Counted from the first letter of the stretch, positions 9,101-18,989 are shown. The stretch: DNA of 64,000 bases from Leptonemataceae bacterium (GCA_965227295.1 OZ245742.1:352001-416000), one strand, 5' to 3'. Numbers and translations: made by a program. Notes: generated from the sequence alone by a model not told the origin.

Positions 9101-10144
9101 ATGCCCGTTATGTCCGGCAAACGGATTGTTACATCCACACGGGCGACGGTGGTACTGACGCGCATCTTACTCGATCGCGGCTATACCATCGAAGGCGTAC
9201 GCGAGGCCGCGGAGCTGCCCGACCTCGATCCGAACCTCACGGACCAGGCCGTGGACCTGGCCGGGCACGTGCGGCTCTGGCACCTGGCATGCCGCGCCAC
9301 GAACGATCCGGCCCTGGGGCTGCGCCTCTTCGATTACTACAACCCCGAAGAAATGCACTTCATCGGCCAGGTGCTGAAGTTCGCGCCGGATGTGCGCACG
9401 TCCATCGTCCTGTGGACGCGCTACGTAAAACTCATTTGCCCCACCGATCGTGTGGAACTACGACGCGAGGGCTCGTTCTATGTTGCGACGTATACGAATC
9501 TGTCGGCCGCACATCAGAATCGCTTTATGCCGGAGCACTACGCGTCCATCGGCCTCATGCGCGGGCGTCTGCGCACCGGCCGGCAATTGCGTCCCGTGGA
9601 AGTGCGGATGAGCTTCCCGGATCCCGGCTATCGTGAGGTCTATGCCGAAATCTTCCAGGCCCCGGCGCACTTCGGCTGCGAAGAGAACGCCATGGTCTTT
9701 CGCCTGGATGATCTCGAAGTGCCGCACCGTACCGCCGACGCGAATCTGCACAAACACCTGGCGGAGTACGCGGACATGCTGCTGGCGAAGTCTGCCGCAC
9801 CGGAGAGCACCAGCGACCGCGCCCGGGAGGCGTTGATCCGCCTGTTGCCGCGCGGCATCGCCGCGAAAGAAGAGGTGGCCGGGCAATTGGACATGGGCTC
9901 GCGCACTTTGCTGCGCAAGCTGAAAGATGAGGGCCTGACCTACCGCGAACTCTTAGATGACACGCGCAAATCATTAGCGCTGGCATACTTAAAAGAAGGC
10001 GTGGGCATCACCGAGATCGCGTATATGCTGGGCTTTTCCGAACCCAGCGCACTCACGAACGCGTTCAAGGCCTGGTTCGGCCGGAGTCCGGGCAAACTGC
10101 GCCGGGAACTTCGGGATCGCCCGGGCGCCCGGTCACACCCGTAA
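9101..10144 (+). CDS. AraC family transcriptional regulator (N-terminal ligand-binding domain)
   Basis: DPALGL, and C-terminal SRTLLRKLKDEG...ITEIAYMLGFSEPSALTNAFKAWFGRSP helix-turn-helix. Confidence 0.93.
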   Translation: MPVMSGKRIVTSTRATVVLTRILLDRGYTIEGVREAAELPDLDPNLTDQAVDLAGHVRLWHLACRATNDPALGLRLFDYYNPEEMHFIGQVLKFAPDVRTSIVLWTRYVKLICPTDRVELRREGSFYVATYTNLSAAHQNRFMPEHYASIGLMRGRLRTGRQLRPVEVRMSFPDPGYREVYAEIFQAPAHFGCEENAMVFRLDDLEVPHRTADANLHKHLAEYADMLLAKSAAPESTSDRAREALIRLLPRGIAAKEEVAGQLDMGSRTLLRKLKDEGLTYRELLDDTRKSLALAYLKEGVGITEIAYMLGFSEPSALTNAFKAWFGRSPGKLRRELRDRPGARSHP

Positions 10145-10191
10145 CTCAAAAAACCGCAAGCCCATCGGCGGACGCGGATTAACTCAGCTTT

Positions 10192-10478
10192 ATGCATCGT
10201 TACTCGGTTTTCGGCAACTTCTCTCGCGTCGCAGTACTGGCCTGCTGTGCCGCACTCATCACGGCCTGCGCCCCGCGACCGGAATTCGATCGCACCGTGG
10301 AGCTGAGCATCCTCGCCGCGGCGGGCGTCGCCGAAAGTTCGGAGAGCAGCGGGACTTCCAGCCCGGCAGCGAAGCCTCCGACTCGTTGCAGCCCGGCGTC
10401 GTCTGCCCGAGCGGTTCCACGCACATCCTCACTGCAAACTTCAACTTAACGACAATTAGCTCGCTCCAGTGCTTGTAG
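10192..10478 (+). pseudogene. possible truncated/frameshifted lipoprotein remnant
   Basis: Lipobox-like ALITAC at the N-terminus; protein-like text continues in another frame from ~10353 to TAG 10478. Confidence 0.3.
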
Positions 10479-10808
10479 GGTTCCGCGTCAGCGCTTGTGG
10501 CTGTTCGGCGGCCAGGCCAGGGGCTCCGCCGGCTCTACCGCGTCCCGCGTATGACAGTCGTTTTCCCGCGCCCGCAGCATACGCGGACGATTGCTGTCTT
10601 CTTCCTGGTAGCCCCCGGCAACACTGCGCGTCTCTTCCGGCCCGCCGCAGGCCACGGCGCGATCCGTACCGGTGGACGGCGCGGTGCTGCTCGCGCAACC
10701 CACAGGGCTGAGAATCATGCAAAGAAACAGGGCACGAACGATCATGATTCTTAATATAGAAGCGCAGGCCGCGCCGTGTGTCAAGTCCGAGGCGACCTGG
10801 AGAATGGT

Positions 10809-11180
10809 TTACGGCACAGGTCCCGGCTCCCAGAGTTCGATGGGGTTGCCTTCCGGATCGTGCAGACGCGCAAAGCGGCCGTTGGGATAACTCTCCGGAT
10901 CCGGCGTGACTGCAATGCCGGCCGCGTTCAGTTGCGCGATCATGGCGTCCAGATCACGCACGCGGAAGTTGATCATCCACTGCTGTTCGGTGCGGCCGAA
11001 GTACTGCGTGTCCTCGGTGAACGGGGCGAAGACCGTGTCGCCCGCGTCCTGGGACCAGGGCGGCGTGTCGTAGTCCTGCGGCACGCGCGTTACGCCCAGG
11101 TGCTGTTCGTACCAATGTGCCAGGGCCTGCGGATCCTTCGCGCGAAAGAACAAACCGCCGATTCCCAGTACTCGCTCCAT
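10809..11180 (-). CDS. VOC / glyoxalase family protein
   Basis: VLGIGGLFFRAKDP, MINFRVRDLD, DPEGNPIELWEP. Confidence 0.93.
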   Translation of the reverse strand: MERVLGIGGLFFRAKDPQALAHWYEQHLGVTRVPQDYDTPPWSQDAGDTVFAPFTEDTQYFGRTEQQWMINFRVRDLDAMIAQLNAAGIAVTPDPESYPNGRFARLHDPEGNPIELWEPGPVP

Positions 11181-11698
11181 TATGCGTCTCCCTGTAGCGC
11201 CGTGTCCAGCACCGCTTTTGCTCGATCGTCGAAGGCCGTAAGAATGACTCGCTGAATGTTAGCGCCGGCCGCACTGTTCGTAAATTCCAGCACCGTACGC
11301 ACGGCAATGTCGGCGGCACGGTCCGCGGGAAAACCGTAGATGCCCGTCGAAATGGCGGGGAACGCAATCGATTGCAGATCGTTTTCGGCGGCCAGCTTGA
11401 GTGAGTTGCGATAGCAGCTTTCCAGCAGTTCGTCCTCGTTAGCGTTGCCGCCGCGCCACACGGGCCCCACCGTATGAATGACGTGTTTTGCCGGAAGATT
11501 GTACCCGCCCGTGATCTTCGCCTCGCCCGTGGGACAACCGCCCAGGCCGCGGCATTCTTCGAGCAATTGCGGTCCCGCCGCGCGATGGATGGCGCCGTCC
11601 ACGCCGCCGCCGCCGAGCAACGACGTATTCGCCGCGTTGACGATGGCGTCCACCTGGAGTTTCGTGATGTCACCCTGTTCCACAAGTAGTTCGGCCAT
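11180..11698 (-). CDS. macro domain O-acetyl-ADP-ribose deacetylase (YmdB-like)
   Basis: [51 protein letters not shown]. Confidence 0.95.
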   Translation of the reverse strand: MAELLVEQGDITKLQVDAIVNAANTSLLGGGGVDGAIHRAAGPQLLEECRGLGGCPTGEAKITGGYNLPAKHVIHTVGPVWRGGNANEDELLESCYRNSLKLAAENDLQSIAFPAISTGIYGFPADRAADIAVRTVLEFTNSAAGANIQRVILTAFDDRAKAVLDTALQGDA

Positions 11699-11717
11699 AA
11701 CTTATACTCATTCGATT

Positions 11718-12407
11718 CTAACGCGGCACCACCTTGAAGTCACTCTCTTCCGGAGCTTTCATCAACAGGAACGGCGCCGGGTTGATCGCCCCGCCGCCGA
11801 GGGCCATGTGCCCCATGCCGAGATAGAGGTCGTCGTTGACCTTGCGAAGTTCGTCGCGCATACTGTCGACCGTGCCGCCGTTGTACGCTTCGTAGTTGAG
11901 ATGATACGCCGGCCCGCCTTCCGGATCGATCTGCGACGGCCCGAGGTACGTATCGAACTCCCGGGCCGGCACCGATTCCGGCCGCCCATCCGCGTCGCGT
12001 TGCAGGAAGAGATTGTAGCCTTTGCCGCGGAGTGCCGCGCCGTACGTCGCCGCGGGAAGCGCGATGCCCTTGCCGAGCCAGCGCCCGGGACCGAAGACGT
12101 GATTGGTGTAGTACGACGTGGCCGGCGCGAGAATGCCTGCATCGACTAACTTGCCGTAATATTCACCTTGCATTTCGGCGAAAGACGGAGCGGGCAGCGC
12201 GTAGAAAAGTTGAAAGACATCCGCCTTCTCCAGGGCGAGGACGTGTTTGAACATGGCCTCGTCGACGTGCGCCACGCCCAGGATTTCCGCCGGAGTGCGA
12301 CCGTCCCGTTCCCGCGGGCCGTTCTGGTAGATGTTAATGATCGTCGGCGTGAGCGTGAGAAAGACGAGGACGAGCAGTGCGAGGATGATCCAACGGGTTC
12401 GGGACAC
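11718..12407 (-). CDS. membrane-anchored hypothetical protein (GXWXG/DUF4334-like)
   Basis: N-terminal TM; QLFYALPAP..MQGEYYG, WLGKG and MRDELRKVNDDLYLG motifs. Confidence 0.6.
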   Translation of the reverse strand: MSRTRWIILALLVLVFLTLTPTIINIYQNGPRERDGRTPAEILGVAHVDEAMFKHVLALEKADVFQLFYALPAPSFAEMQGEYYGKLVDAGILAPATSYYTNHVFGPGRWLGKGIALPAATYGAALRGKGYNLFLQRDADGRPESVPAREFDTYLGPSQIDPEGGPAYHLNYEAYNGGTVDSMRDELRKVNDDLYLGMGHMALGGGAINPAPFLLMKAPEESDFKVVPR

Positions 12408-12603
12408 GGCAGGATTCTCGCAACACCCCGGCGTATGTCAACGCGATTGTGCTCTGTCCTCCGGCAAGGGGACAGCCGGCCTCACGGCTTTTTTTGAGTG
12501 TACAAAAAATCCGGCAAAAAAACGCGCAACGAATGAAACTTTTGCGACGTGTATAAGCCCGATCTGCTTGACCGGAAGCGAAGCAAAGCCTATGATTCCT
12601 TCG

Positions 12604-13185
12604 ATGACCCTTGCGACTCCACTGCGTAACGGCCGACAGCCGCAGTATCATGGCCGACGTGTCACGCTGGAGGAGTACTTAGACCTTCCCGACGACGGCT
12701 TCCGGTACGATATGATCGACGGAGTGCTGTACGTGGCAACGAGTCATACCCCCAAACACGGCCGGGCCGAACCACGGTTCGCGCACATCGTTCTCAACTA
12801 TCTGGACGAACATCCCGTCGCGGATGTCTTTCTCGAAACCGACGTCCTGCTCCCCGACGGTAACGACATCGTCCGTCCCGACGTGTGCGTCATTCGCAAT
12901 GAACGACTGCACATGGCCGGAGAACGCATCATCCGGGGCGCGCCGGACCTGGTAGCGGAGTTGCTTTCGGACAGCACGGCACAGCGCGATCTCGGAGTGA
13001 AGTCGGAACGCTATCTGGCGAGCGGTGTGCACGAGTACTGGCTTCCCGATCCCCGCGATCAAAGCCTGCGCGTGCGCCATCGCGTCGAAAAACGGGGCTT
13101 TCCGAAGTGGGAAGAAGTCCGCGGCGCGTCTCTGGAAAGCCGGCTGTTCCCGGGCCTCGTCATCGAAGCAGGGCGTTTGTTCTAA
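12604..13185 (+). CDS. Uma2 (DUF820) family endonuclease
   Basis: TLEEYLDLPDDGFRYDMIDG, VRPDV, GAPDLVAELLS, YLASGVHEYW. Confidence 0.92.
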   Translation: MTLATPLRNGRQPQYHGRRVTLEEYLDLPDDGFRYDMIDGVLYVATSHTPKHGRAEPRFAHIVLNYLDEHPVADVFLETDVLLPDGNDIVRPDVCVIRNERLHMAGERIIRGAPDLVAELLSDSTAQRDLGVKSERYLASGVHEYWLPDPRDQSLRVRHRVEKRGFPKWEEVRGASLESRLFPGLVIEAGRLF

Positions 13186-13826
13186 TGTTCATCGACAAAA
13201 TCTTACGCATCTTCGGCACCAGCGTGCCCGCCCAACTCGAAAAACCGGAGGGCCTCGTCGGGCGTTTTCTGATTTCGGGCTGGCTCGAAAAAGGCAATGC
13301 ACGATTGAACGAGTTCTGCATCTCCGCCATGGAACTTCAGGGCACGGACCGCGTGCTGGAGATCGGCTTCGGCCCCGGCGGCACCCTGGGAACCATGGCG
13401 CAAACAGCGGAGTTTGTGGCCGGCGTTGACTTTGCGCCGGACATGTGTCGCTCGGCAGAACGCAAGAACCGTGCGTTCATCGCAGCGGGGCGCGTCGAGG
13501 TCCGCTGCGCCGGCGTCGACGAACTGCCGTATCCGGACGCCTCCTTCGACAAAATCTACACGGCCAATACCATCTACTTCTGGCCCCATCCGGAACGGAA
13601 CGCGCGGGAAATTCTGCGCGTGCTGAAGCCCGGCGGCGGCCTCTACATCGGCTACCGACCGCGGAGCGCCATGCAAAAGATTCCGGTGATCGATCAGCGA
13701 TTCACGATGTACGAACACCAGGACATCGCACAGTTGTTCATGGACGCCGGTGCCGGGGAAGTCCGCACCATCTCACGCGAAGAGGACGGCCTGTTCGATT
13801 CCCACTGCGCCGTGGTTCGTAAGTAG
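13185..13826 (+). CDS. class I SAM-dependent methyltransferase
   Basis: VLEIGFGPG motif I, LPYPDASFD, RVLKPGG; TAATG overlap with upstream gene. Confidence 0.92.
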   Translation: MFIDKILRIFGTSVPAQLEKPEGLVGRFLISGWLEKGNARLNEFCISAMELQGTDRVLEIGFGPGGTLGTMAQTAEFVAGVDFAPDMCRSAERKNRAFIAAGRVEVRCAGVDELPYPDASFDKIYTANTIYFWPHPERNAREILRVLKPGGGLYIGYRPRSAMQKIPVIDQRFTMYEHQDIAQLFMDAGAGEVRTISREEDGLFDSHCAVVRK

Positions 13827-13881
13827 AGAGCCCGTTAGTACTGGACGCCCAGGCGCGCGGTGGATATCATCGCCGCCACCC

Positions 13882-15165
13882 ATGAGCAACACGAGCTTTA
13901 TCCCGCCCGACTTTCAACTCCCCATGGCCTGGCTGGCCGACGCCGTCACCCCGGGTCTGTTGAAGGTCGCCTTTAACATCGATAAAGTCCACATTTCGCA
14001 GGAAGATCGAGTCATGCTGCGCACGCTCCGCAAAGAACGACTCATGTACTTCAGCAATCATCCCACCCAGGCGGAACCGCCGGTGGCCTGGGTCGTGGCG
14101 AACGCCATGGGCGCCCGCTTCAATTCCATGGCGGCCCGGCGCGCCTTCGACTTCGGCTTCGGTCTCGTGGGCCGGGTGTTTCAGTCCACCGGGGCCTTCT
14201 CGGTCATTCCCGGCATCGCCGATCGGGACAGCATGGCCATGGCGCGCAAGGTCCTCGCCGCGCCGCAGGGCAAACTCATCCTCTATCCCGAGGGCGAACC
14301 CATGTCCAGCGAGAACGACAACCTCATGCCGTTCCAACCGGGCATCGTAAAGATCGGCCTGTCCGCCATGGACGATGCGCGCAAGAAGTACCCGGACGCG
14401 GACATCATCATCCTGCCGGCTTTCATTAAGTACGTCATCACTTCACCGCGTTCGGAAATCGTCGCCGACCTGGAAAAATCCATCGAAGTCATCGCCGACA
14501 AAATGGGCGTGGACCTCGGTGCGCGAAACCTGCTGCGCCGCTTTTTGATGATTGCCCGCATCCTCATGGAACGCGTGGAGAGCGAGTACAAACTCGAAGT
14601 AACGCCGGACATGGACTGGGACTTTCGCACGGGACGCCTGCGTCACGCCATGCTCGACGGCGTCGCCGATCGCCTGAACATGACCCGCTTCGATAAATCC
14701 GCCGACGCCATTCACAAGTTGCGCGTGCTGACTTCGATTCTGGAACTGGAAGAACTCAAACATCCGCAGTCACCGATCAAGGACGCGAGTCCCGAGGACA
14801 TCGCCATCGCCAACGACGACATCATCCGCGCCTACGACTTCATTGTCATGCGCCGGGAGTACCTCGTGGAGTATCCTTCGGCGGAACGCTTTTATGAATG
14901 GCTCGCCCGTTTCGAATCTCTGGTCCTCGGCAAACGGCCGCGCATGCTCGGCGGCGAACCTTCGCATCTACCCCGGGACGCCTACGTTACGTTCGCGAAA
15001 CCCTTCGGCCTCGGCGAGTACTACCAGCGCTACCGCGAAAATCGCAAAGAAACCCTGGCCCTGATCCTGGAACGGCTGCGCAACGATATGAACCAACAGC
15101 TCGAAGAAAACATGAAACGCAGCGAACCGATCGTCGAGCCCTACGATGTGGGGGACGGCACGTAA
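13882..15165 (+). CDS. phospholipid/glycerol acyltransferase (PlsC-like)
   Basis: SNHPTQAE (HxxxxD/E) and LYPEGE motifs. Confidence 0.85.
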   Translation: MSNTSFIPPDFQLPMAWLADAVTPGLLKVAFNIDKVHISQEDRVMLRTLRKERLMYFSNHPTQAEPPVAWVVANAMGARFNSMAARRAFDFGFGLVGRVFQSTGAFSVIPGIADRDSMAMARKVLAAPQGKLILYPEGEPMSSENDNLMPFQPGIVKIGLSAMDDARKKYPDADIIILPAFIKYVITSPRSEIVADLEKSIEVIADKMGVDLGARNLLRRFLMIARILMERVESEYKLEVTPDMDWDFRTGRLRHAMLDGVADRLNMTRFDKSADAIHKLRVLTSILELEELKHPQSPIKDASPEDIAIANDDIIRAYDFIVMRREYLVEYPSAERFYEWLARFESLVLGKRPRMLGGEPSHLPRDAYVTFAKPFGLGEYYQRYRENRKETLALILERLRNDMNQQLEENMKRSEPIVEPYDVGDGT

Positions 15166-15180
15166 TGATGTGAGCGCGCT

Positions 15181-15672
15181 TCACTCCGCGTGCGTCCCCG
15201 TCGGCGCCGGCAATCGCGTCCAGCGCTCCAGCAGAAACACTACAACCATGATCATCGGCACAAGAATCGCGCCGAGAAAGATGGCCCCGACGGTTCCCAG
15301 ATACAACACGCCGTAGAAAATTCCGTCGGGAACGCCGCCGGGTTCCAGGTACTCGGTCAGCAGGATCAACGCGAAGGCCGAAACGTAAGCCGCGCAGAGG
15401 TACAGCGCGAGGGCGATTCCCAGTAACTTTACATAACGATACGTTTGGATCCGCGCCGCAAAATATCCCAGAACGGCGCCCGCGGCAATGCCCGCCACGA
15501 ACGGCGCAAAGAAAAACACGAGCGCCACCGCCTGATACTCCGGATCCTGCGGCCCCATGCCCGCCAGCTGTCCGCCGACCCACGGCAAGAAAAACAGCAA
15601 CGCCAGGCCGCCGCCCAGGAGGGCGCCGCGGATGAGACAACGGTTTCGATGTTCGTTTTCAGGAATGCCCAT
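15181..15672 (-). CDS. hypothetical membrane protein (4 TM)
   Basis: Four hydrophobic segments; start uncertain. Confidence 0.65.
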   Translation of the reverse strand: MGIPENEHRNRCLIRGALLGGGLALLFFLPWVGGQLAGMGPQDPEYQAVALVFFFAPFVAGIAAGAVLGYFAARIQTYRYVKLLGIALALYLCAAYVSAFALILLTEYLEPGGVPDGIFYGVLYLGTVGAIFLGAILVPMIMVVVFLLERWTRLPAPTGTHAE

Positions 15673-15763
15673 ACCCCACTCGTCTGCAATGCTCCGACAT
15701 TCGCGAGCGAAAAAAGATCGCGCGGGCTTGACACGTTTCCCGGACGACGACGAAAATCTCCGT

Positions 15764-17266
15764 GTGTCCCTCGTCCGCATCGGCACTGTCCTCGCGCCGA
15801 TCCTGCTGCTTCTGGCGATCACGTCGTCCCGGAGCGAGTCATCTTCCGTTCACGAACCGTTGATCGGCGCGCGCTTGCTCCTGGACGCGCCGCGGGAAAA
15901 CCCCGCCGCAGTCGAACAACGCGCTTACGAAAACGCGCGAGGCTTGTTGTCCCCGCTCGGGCAGTTTCACTTTCGCGGCCTCCATCATCCGGCGCACCGC
16001 TGCATCTGTAAGTCCGCGCCCACGCTGACACCGAACGGCCGGGCCTTCGTCGGTCCCGGCCCGCCCGCGGATGCTTCGTTGTGTGCGCGAACACCGCCGG
16101 GCGAGCAAAAAGATGAGCATGATGCGCCGAATTGTCTTTCGAACGCCGGCCGCTTTCACTTTAACGAAGAAGGCGACGCTTCCATGCACACGGGGGCGCT
16201 GCTCGCGGCCCTCGCCTGGCGCTACAAAAATCATCCCGACCCCGCGCAACGGCGGGACACGCTAAGTACGATTGGCCGCATATTAAGATACTACGAACTC
16301 TTGCAACGGCACAACGACGGCTGCATCGGCCGGAACTTCGTCGCCGCCGACGCCTACGAACGTTTCGCGCCGCAAAACCGCCACGGCACCGAAAACAGCG
16401 CGAGCAGCGTCCTGGATGATCTTTTCGGCAAGGGCAAGGCCGCAAAGTTCGCAAAACGCTATCGCCGCGTCGAACTGGACGACGCACGGCTTCCGTCGCA
16501 GGATCGCGGAGTGTATTACCTGCGCTACGACGTATCCCTGGACGCCGTCGTGCATTCCGTGGCAGGCCTGCACTGGATCACGCGTTTCACGCCGGCACCG
16601 GAACGCGAACGCGCGCGCAAGGTCCTGGCCGCGCAACTGGAGTACTACGAGCGCCGTGCCTGGCGCATCGCCGAGAACGGAAAGATGTTGCTGCACGGCG
16701 ACCACCGCCCGGATCACATTAATCCCATCGCCACCGCCATTGAGCTGATCCTCAAACATAACGTGCGCGGGGAAACGCCGCAAGCTCGCGATGCGCAACT
16801 GTTACTGATCCGCAACTATCGTACGTACGAGCCGGGCATTCACGGAAAGAAAACCGAACGCCGGCAGTTCAACAACTACATGGCCCTGACGGCCTTCGCG
16901 GCCCTGGCCGATCATCCCGACGCCTCGGTACGCGGACATGCCCGGGCCGGTCTGCTCACCGCCGTGCAGGAAAACGAGGCCGAGCTGAATTACTTCGCAC
17001 TCGCCGTGCGCGCGCAGGTCTTCGGTGAAAACACGCCGCAGTTGCGCCACGATCCCTTTGTCCGGCTGAACGATTATCACAGTTTCTGCGGAATGCTGCG
17101 CTCCCCCGCGCCCGCGTTCTTCGAGCAACGCTTCGGTTATAACTGGTGGGAGAACGATGCGTACGAAGTCGCCCTGCCGTGCACGCAGGTGCCGGGGCTG
17201 CAGGATTTGCATCCGGCCGGTCTCACGGGCAACGAGGCCTATCTCCAGGCCTACTGGTGGTACTGA
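15764..17266 (+). CDS. secreted hypothetical protein, possibly helical-toroid enzyme
   Basis: Signal-like LAPILLLLAI; GDASMHTGALLAALAWRY and RYDVSLDAVVH motifs; start GTG estimated. Confidence 0.6.
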   Translation: MSLVRIGTVLAPILLLLAITSSRSESSSVHEPLIGARLLLDAPRENPAAVEQRAYENARGLLSPLGQFHFRGLHHPAHRCICKSAPTLTPNGRAFVGPGPPADASLCARTPPGEQKDEHDAPNCLSNAGRFHFNEEGDASMHTGALLAALAWRYKNHPDPAQRRDTLSTIGRILRYYELLQRHNDGCIGRNFVAADAYERFAPQNRHGTENSASSVLDDLFGKGKAAKFAKRYRRVELDDARLPSQDRGVYYLRYDVSLDAVVHSVAGLHWITRFTPAPERERARKVLAAQLEYYERRAWRIAENGKMLLHGDHRPDHINPIATAIELILKHNVRGETPQARDAQLLLIRNYRTYEPGIHGKKTERRQFNNYMALTAFAALADHPDASVRGHARAGLLTAVQENEAELNYFALAVRAQVFGENTPQLRHDPFVRLNDYHSFCGMLRSPAPAFFEQRFGYNWWENDAYEVALPCTQVPGLQDLHPAGLTGNEAYLQAYWWY

Positions 17267-17283
17267 ACCGTGCCCGCATTGAT

Positions 17284-17311
17284 TTGACAGATTCCGCGAG
17301 ATTTCTAAATT
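17284..17311 (+). promoter_or_regulatory. sigma70-like promoter
   Basis: TTGACA (17284-17289), 16-nt spacer, TAAATT (17306-17311). Confidence 0.6.
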
Positions 17312-17317
17312 ACGGTC

Positions 17318-17527
17318 ACGCAAAAGGAGGTGGTCCAATGATAAGTGAAAGTTCGATGACCAGCGAGGTGGCTGGGCGGTAAGTCCGGCAACTTTGCAAT
17401 GCATTGAGTGCGCGACGTTGTCGCGGCTTGCTGCAATCCAACCAGACCACCGCCTTCCGTAGTTCTCGGACATTGGTCCCCCGAGGCGCATCGCGCAGTC
17501 GCTACGGAAGGTTCTTCAGTTTTCTTC
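17318..17527 (+). ncRNA. candidate structured RNA containing a 14-codon ORF (17338-17382)
   Basis: Promoter upstream, extended SD AAAGGAGGTGGTCC, several stems, terminal 10-bp stem followed by a T-rich tail. Confidence 0.5.
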
Positions 17528-17546
17528 TATAATAAATTATCACAGC

Positions 17547-17795
17547 ATGCTTGAGCTTCGCCCCACCTGCGAGAACTGTAACACGGCGCTGCCGCCGGAC
17601 TCCGCCGACGCTCGCATCTGTAGCTTCGAATGCACGTTTTGCGCAAAGTGCGTCGACGAAATCTTAAACGGCATCTGCCCGAACTGCGGCGGCAACTTCG
17701 CCCCGCGACCCATCCGCCCCCCGGCGGCGCTGCGTCGGCATCCGGCCATCACAAAAGTCACGCACAATCCGTTGAGCGAACGATCACGTCCGTAA
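17547..17795 (+). CDS. DUF1272 domain-containing protein
   Basis: MLELRPTCENC...ICSFECTFCAKC...CPNCGG...RPIRP; TATAAT at 17528. Confidence 0.93.
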   Translation: MLELRPTCENCNTALPPDSADARICSFECTFCAKCVDEILNGICPNCGGNFAPRPIRPPAALRRHPAITKVTHNPLSERSRP

Positions 17796-17810
17796 CATCG
17801 TCAGACATCC

Positions 17811-18989
17811 ATGCCGTTTCGCATTCTCCTTACCTTCCTGCTCTGCTCCAGTTTGATTCTCGCGTGCAACTACGGCGCGGCCCGCCGCGCGACGGTCGGC
17901 ACGTCCGTGGCACCGCTGGTCTTCGTGCCCGGCCTCATGGGGTCCACGCTCTATGACACCGACGGCGAGCAGCTCTGGCTCACGCCGTCCCACGGCCTCG
18001 GCTGGAGCACGCCGGACCTCGGCCTGCCGCTTACCTGGATGAACGGCGTGCAAAGCGGCCCGCGCCTCGTCTCTCGCGGTTCGGTGCAGGCGGTGCAGAT
18101 CCTGTTCGGCCTCCTCGGCCAGGAAATCTACGCACCGTGGGAACGTGCCGCGGCAGAGTTTCCGAATCGCGAACTGCACGTCTTCGGCTACGACTGGCGC
18201 CGGGACAACAACGAGAACGCCGCCGCCCTGGAAGCTTTCCTGGTAAAACTGCGCGAACGCTACGGCGAACGGAAGATCGGCATCGTCGGCCACAGCATGG
18301 GCGGCATGCTTACCCTGGCCGTATTGAACAAACATCCGGACTGGTTTGATCGAGTGGTGTTCGCCGGCGTTCCGTTTCGCGGCGGCATCGGCCACCTGGA
18401 CAATCTGCGAGACGGCACGCCCATCGGCGCGAATGGGGAGCTGCTGACGCCGCCGGTGCTGTTCAGTCACCCGAGCGTGTTTTCGTTTTACCCGTCCGGC
18501 CAGGCCTGGGAAAACCAGGACACCGTGCTCGACGCAAGCCGCAAACCCATTCCGATAAACTTTTATTCAGGCAAAGTCTGGGAAAAATACGGCTTCGGTC
18601 CGTACGCCCCGGAGAACGCCGACTGGTTCAACGAAACCGCGGAGCAACTCGCGCACTTCGAACAACTCCTGGAACGCGGGCGACTCTTCCGTCGATCCAT
18701 GACACCGCGGCGGAACGTCGACTATCCGCCGGCCCTGGTACTCATGAGCAAGGACCATCCGACCATCGCCCGCATCCAGGTCGAAGAAGGCGCCGGCGCA
18801 AACACCGCCCATTGGCGGCACGATCCGGATCGCGAGCCCGGCGACTCCACCGTGCTGTACGCGGACGCCCTGCCGCCGGAACCGATTCGCTACGCGGTCC
18901 ATCTGACGAAGTACGAGCACTCGTATTTGTTGAACGATCCCGCGGCGCAAGAACGCATCGCGGAGTTTCTGGGCGATGCGCTACAATGA
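17811..18989 (+). CDS. LCAT/lipase-like alpha/beta hydrolase lipoprotein
   Basis: Lipobox LILAC; FVPGLMGS, YDWR, GHSMGG, GDSTV and a C-terminal His. Confidence 0.88.
   Translation: MPFRILLTFLLCSSLILACNYGAARRATVGTSVAPLVFVPGLMGSTLYDTDGEQLWLTPSHGLGWSTPDLGLPLTWMNGVQSGPRLVSRGSVQAVQILFGLLGQEIYAPWERAAAEFPNRELHVFGYDWRRDNNENAAALEAFLVKLRERYGERKIGIVGHSMGGMLTLAVLNKHPDWFDRVVFAGVPFRGGIGHLDNLRDGTPIGANGELLTPPVLFSHPSVFSFYPSGQAWENQDTVLDASRKPIPINFYSGKVWEKYGFGPYAPENADWFNETAEQLAHFEQLLERGRLFRRSMTPRRNVDYPPALVLMSKDHPTIARIQVEEGAGANTAHWRHDPDREPGDSTVLYADALPPEPIRYAVHLTKYEHSYLLNDPAAQERIAEFLGDALQ

Noticed and set aside
11180-11698. DarTG or other macro-domain defence system
   Set aside because: Stand-alone YmdB-type macro domain; no DarT, sirtuin or ADP-ribosyltransferase nearby.
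12604-13826. Restriction-modification pair (Uma2 nuclease plus methyltransferase)
   Set aside because: The methyltransferase is a small-molecule class I type without DPPY/NPPY or PC motifs; Uma2 genes are commonly scattered.
17322-17337. Possible 16S rRNA 3' fragment on the minus strand
   Set aside because: Similarity is limited to ~15 nt; the adjoining sequence does not continue as 16S helix 45. It is better read as an extended Shine-Dalgarno.
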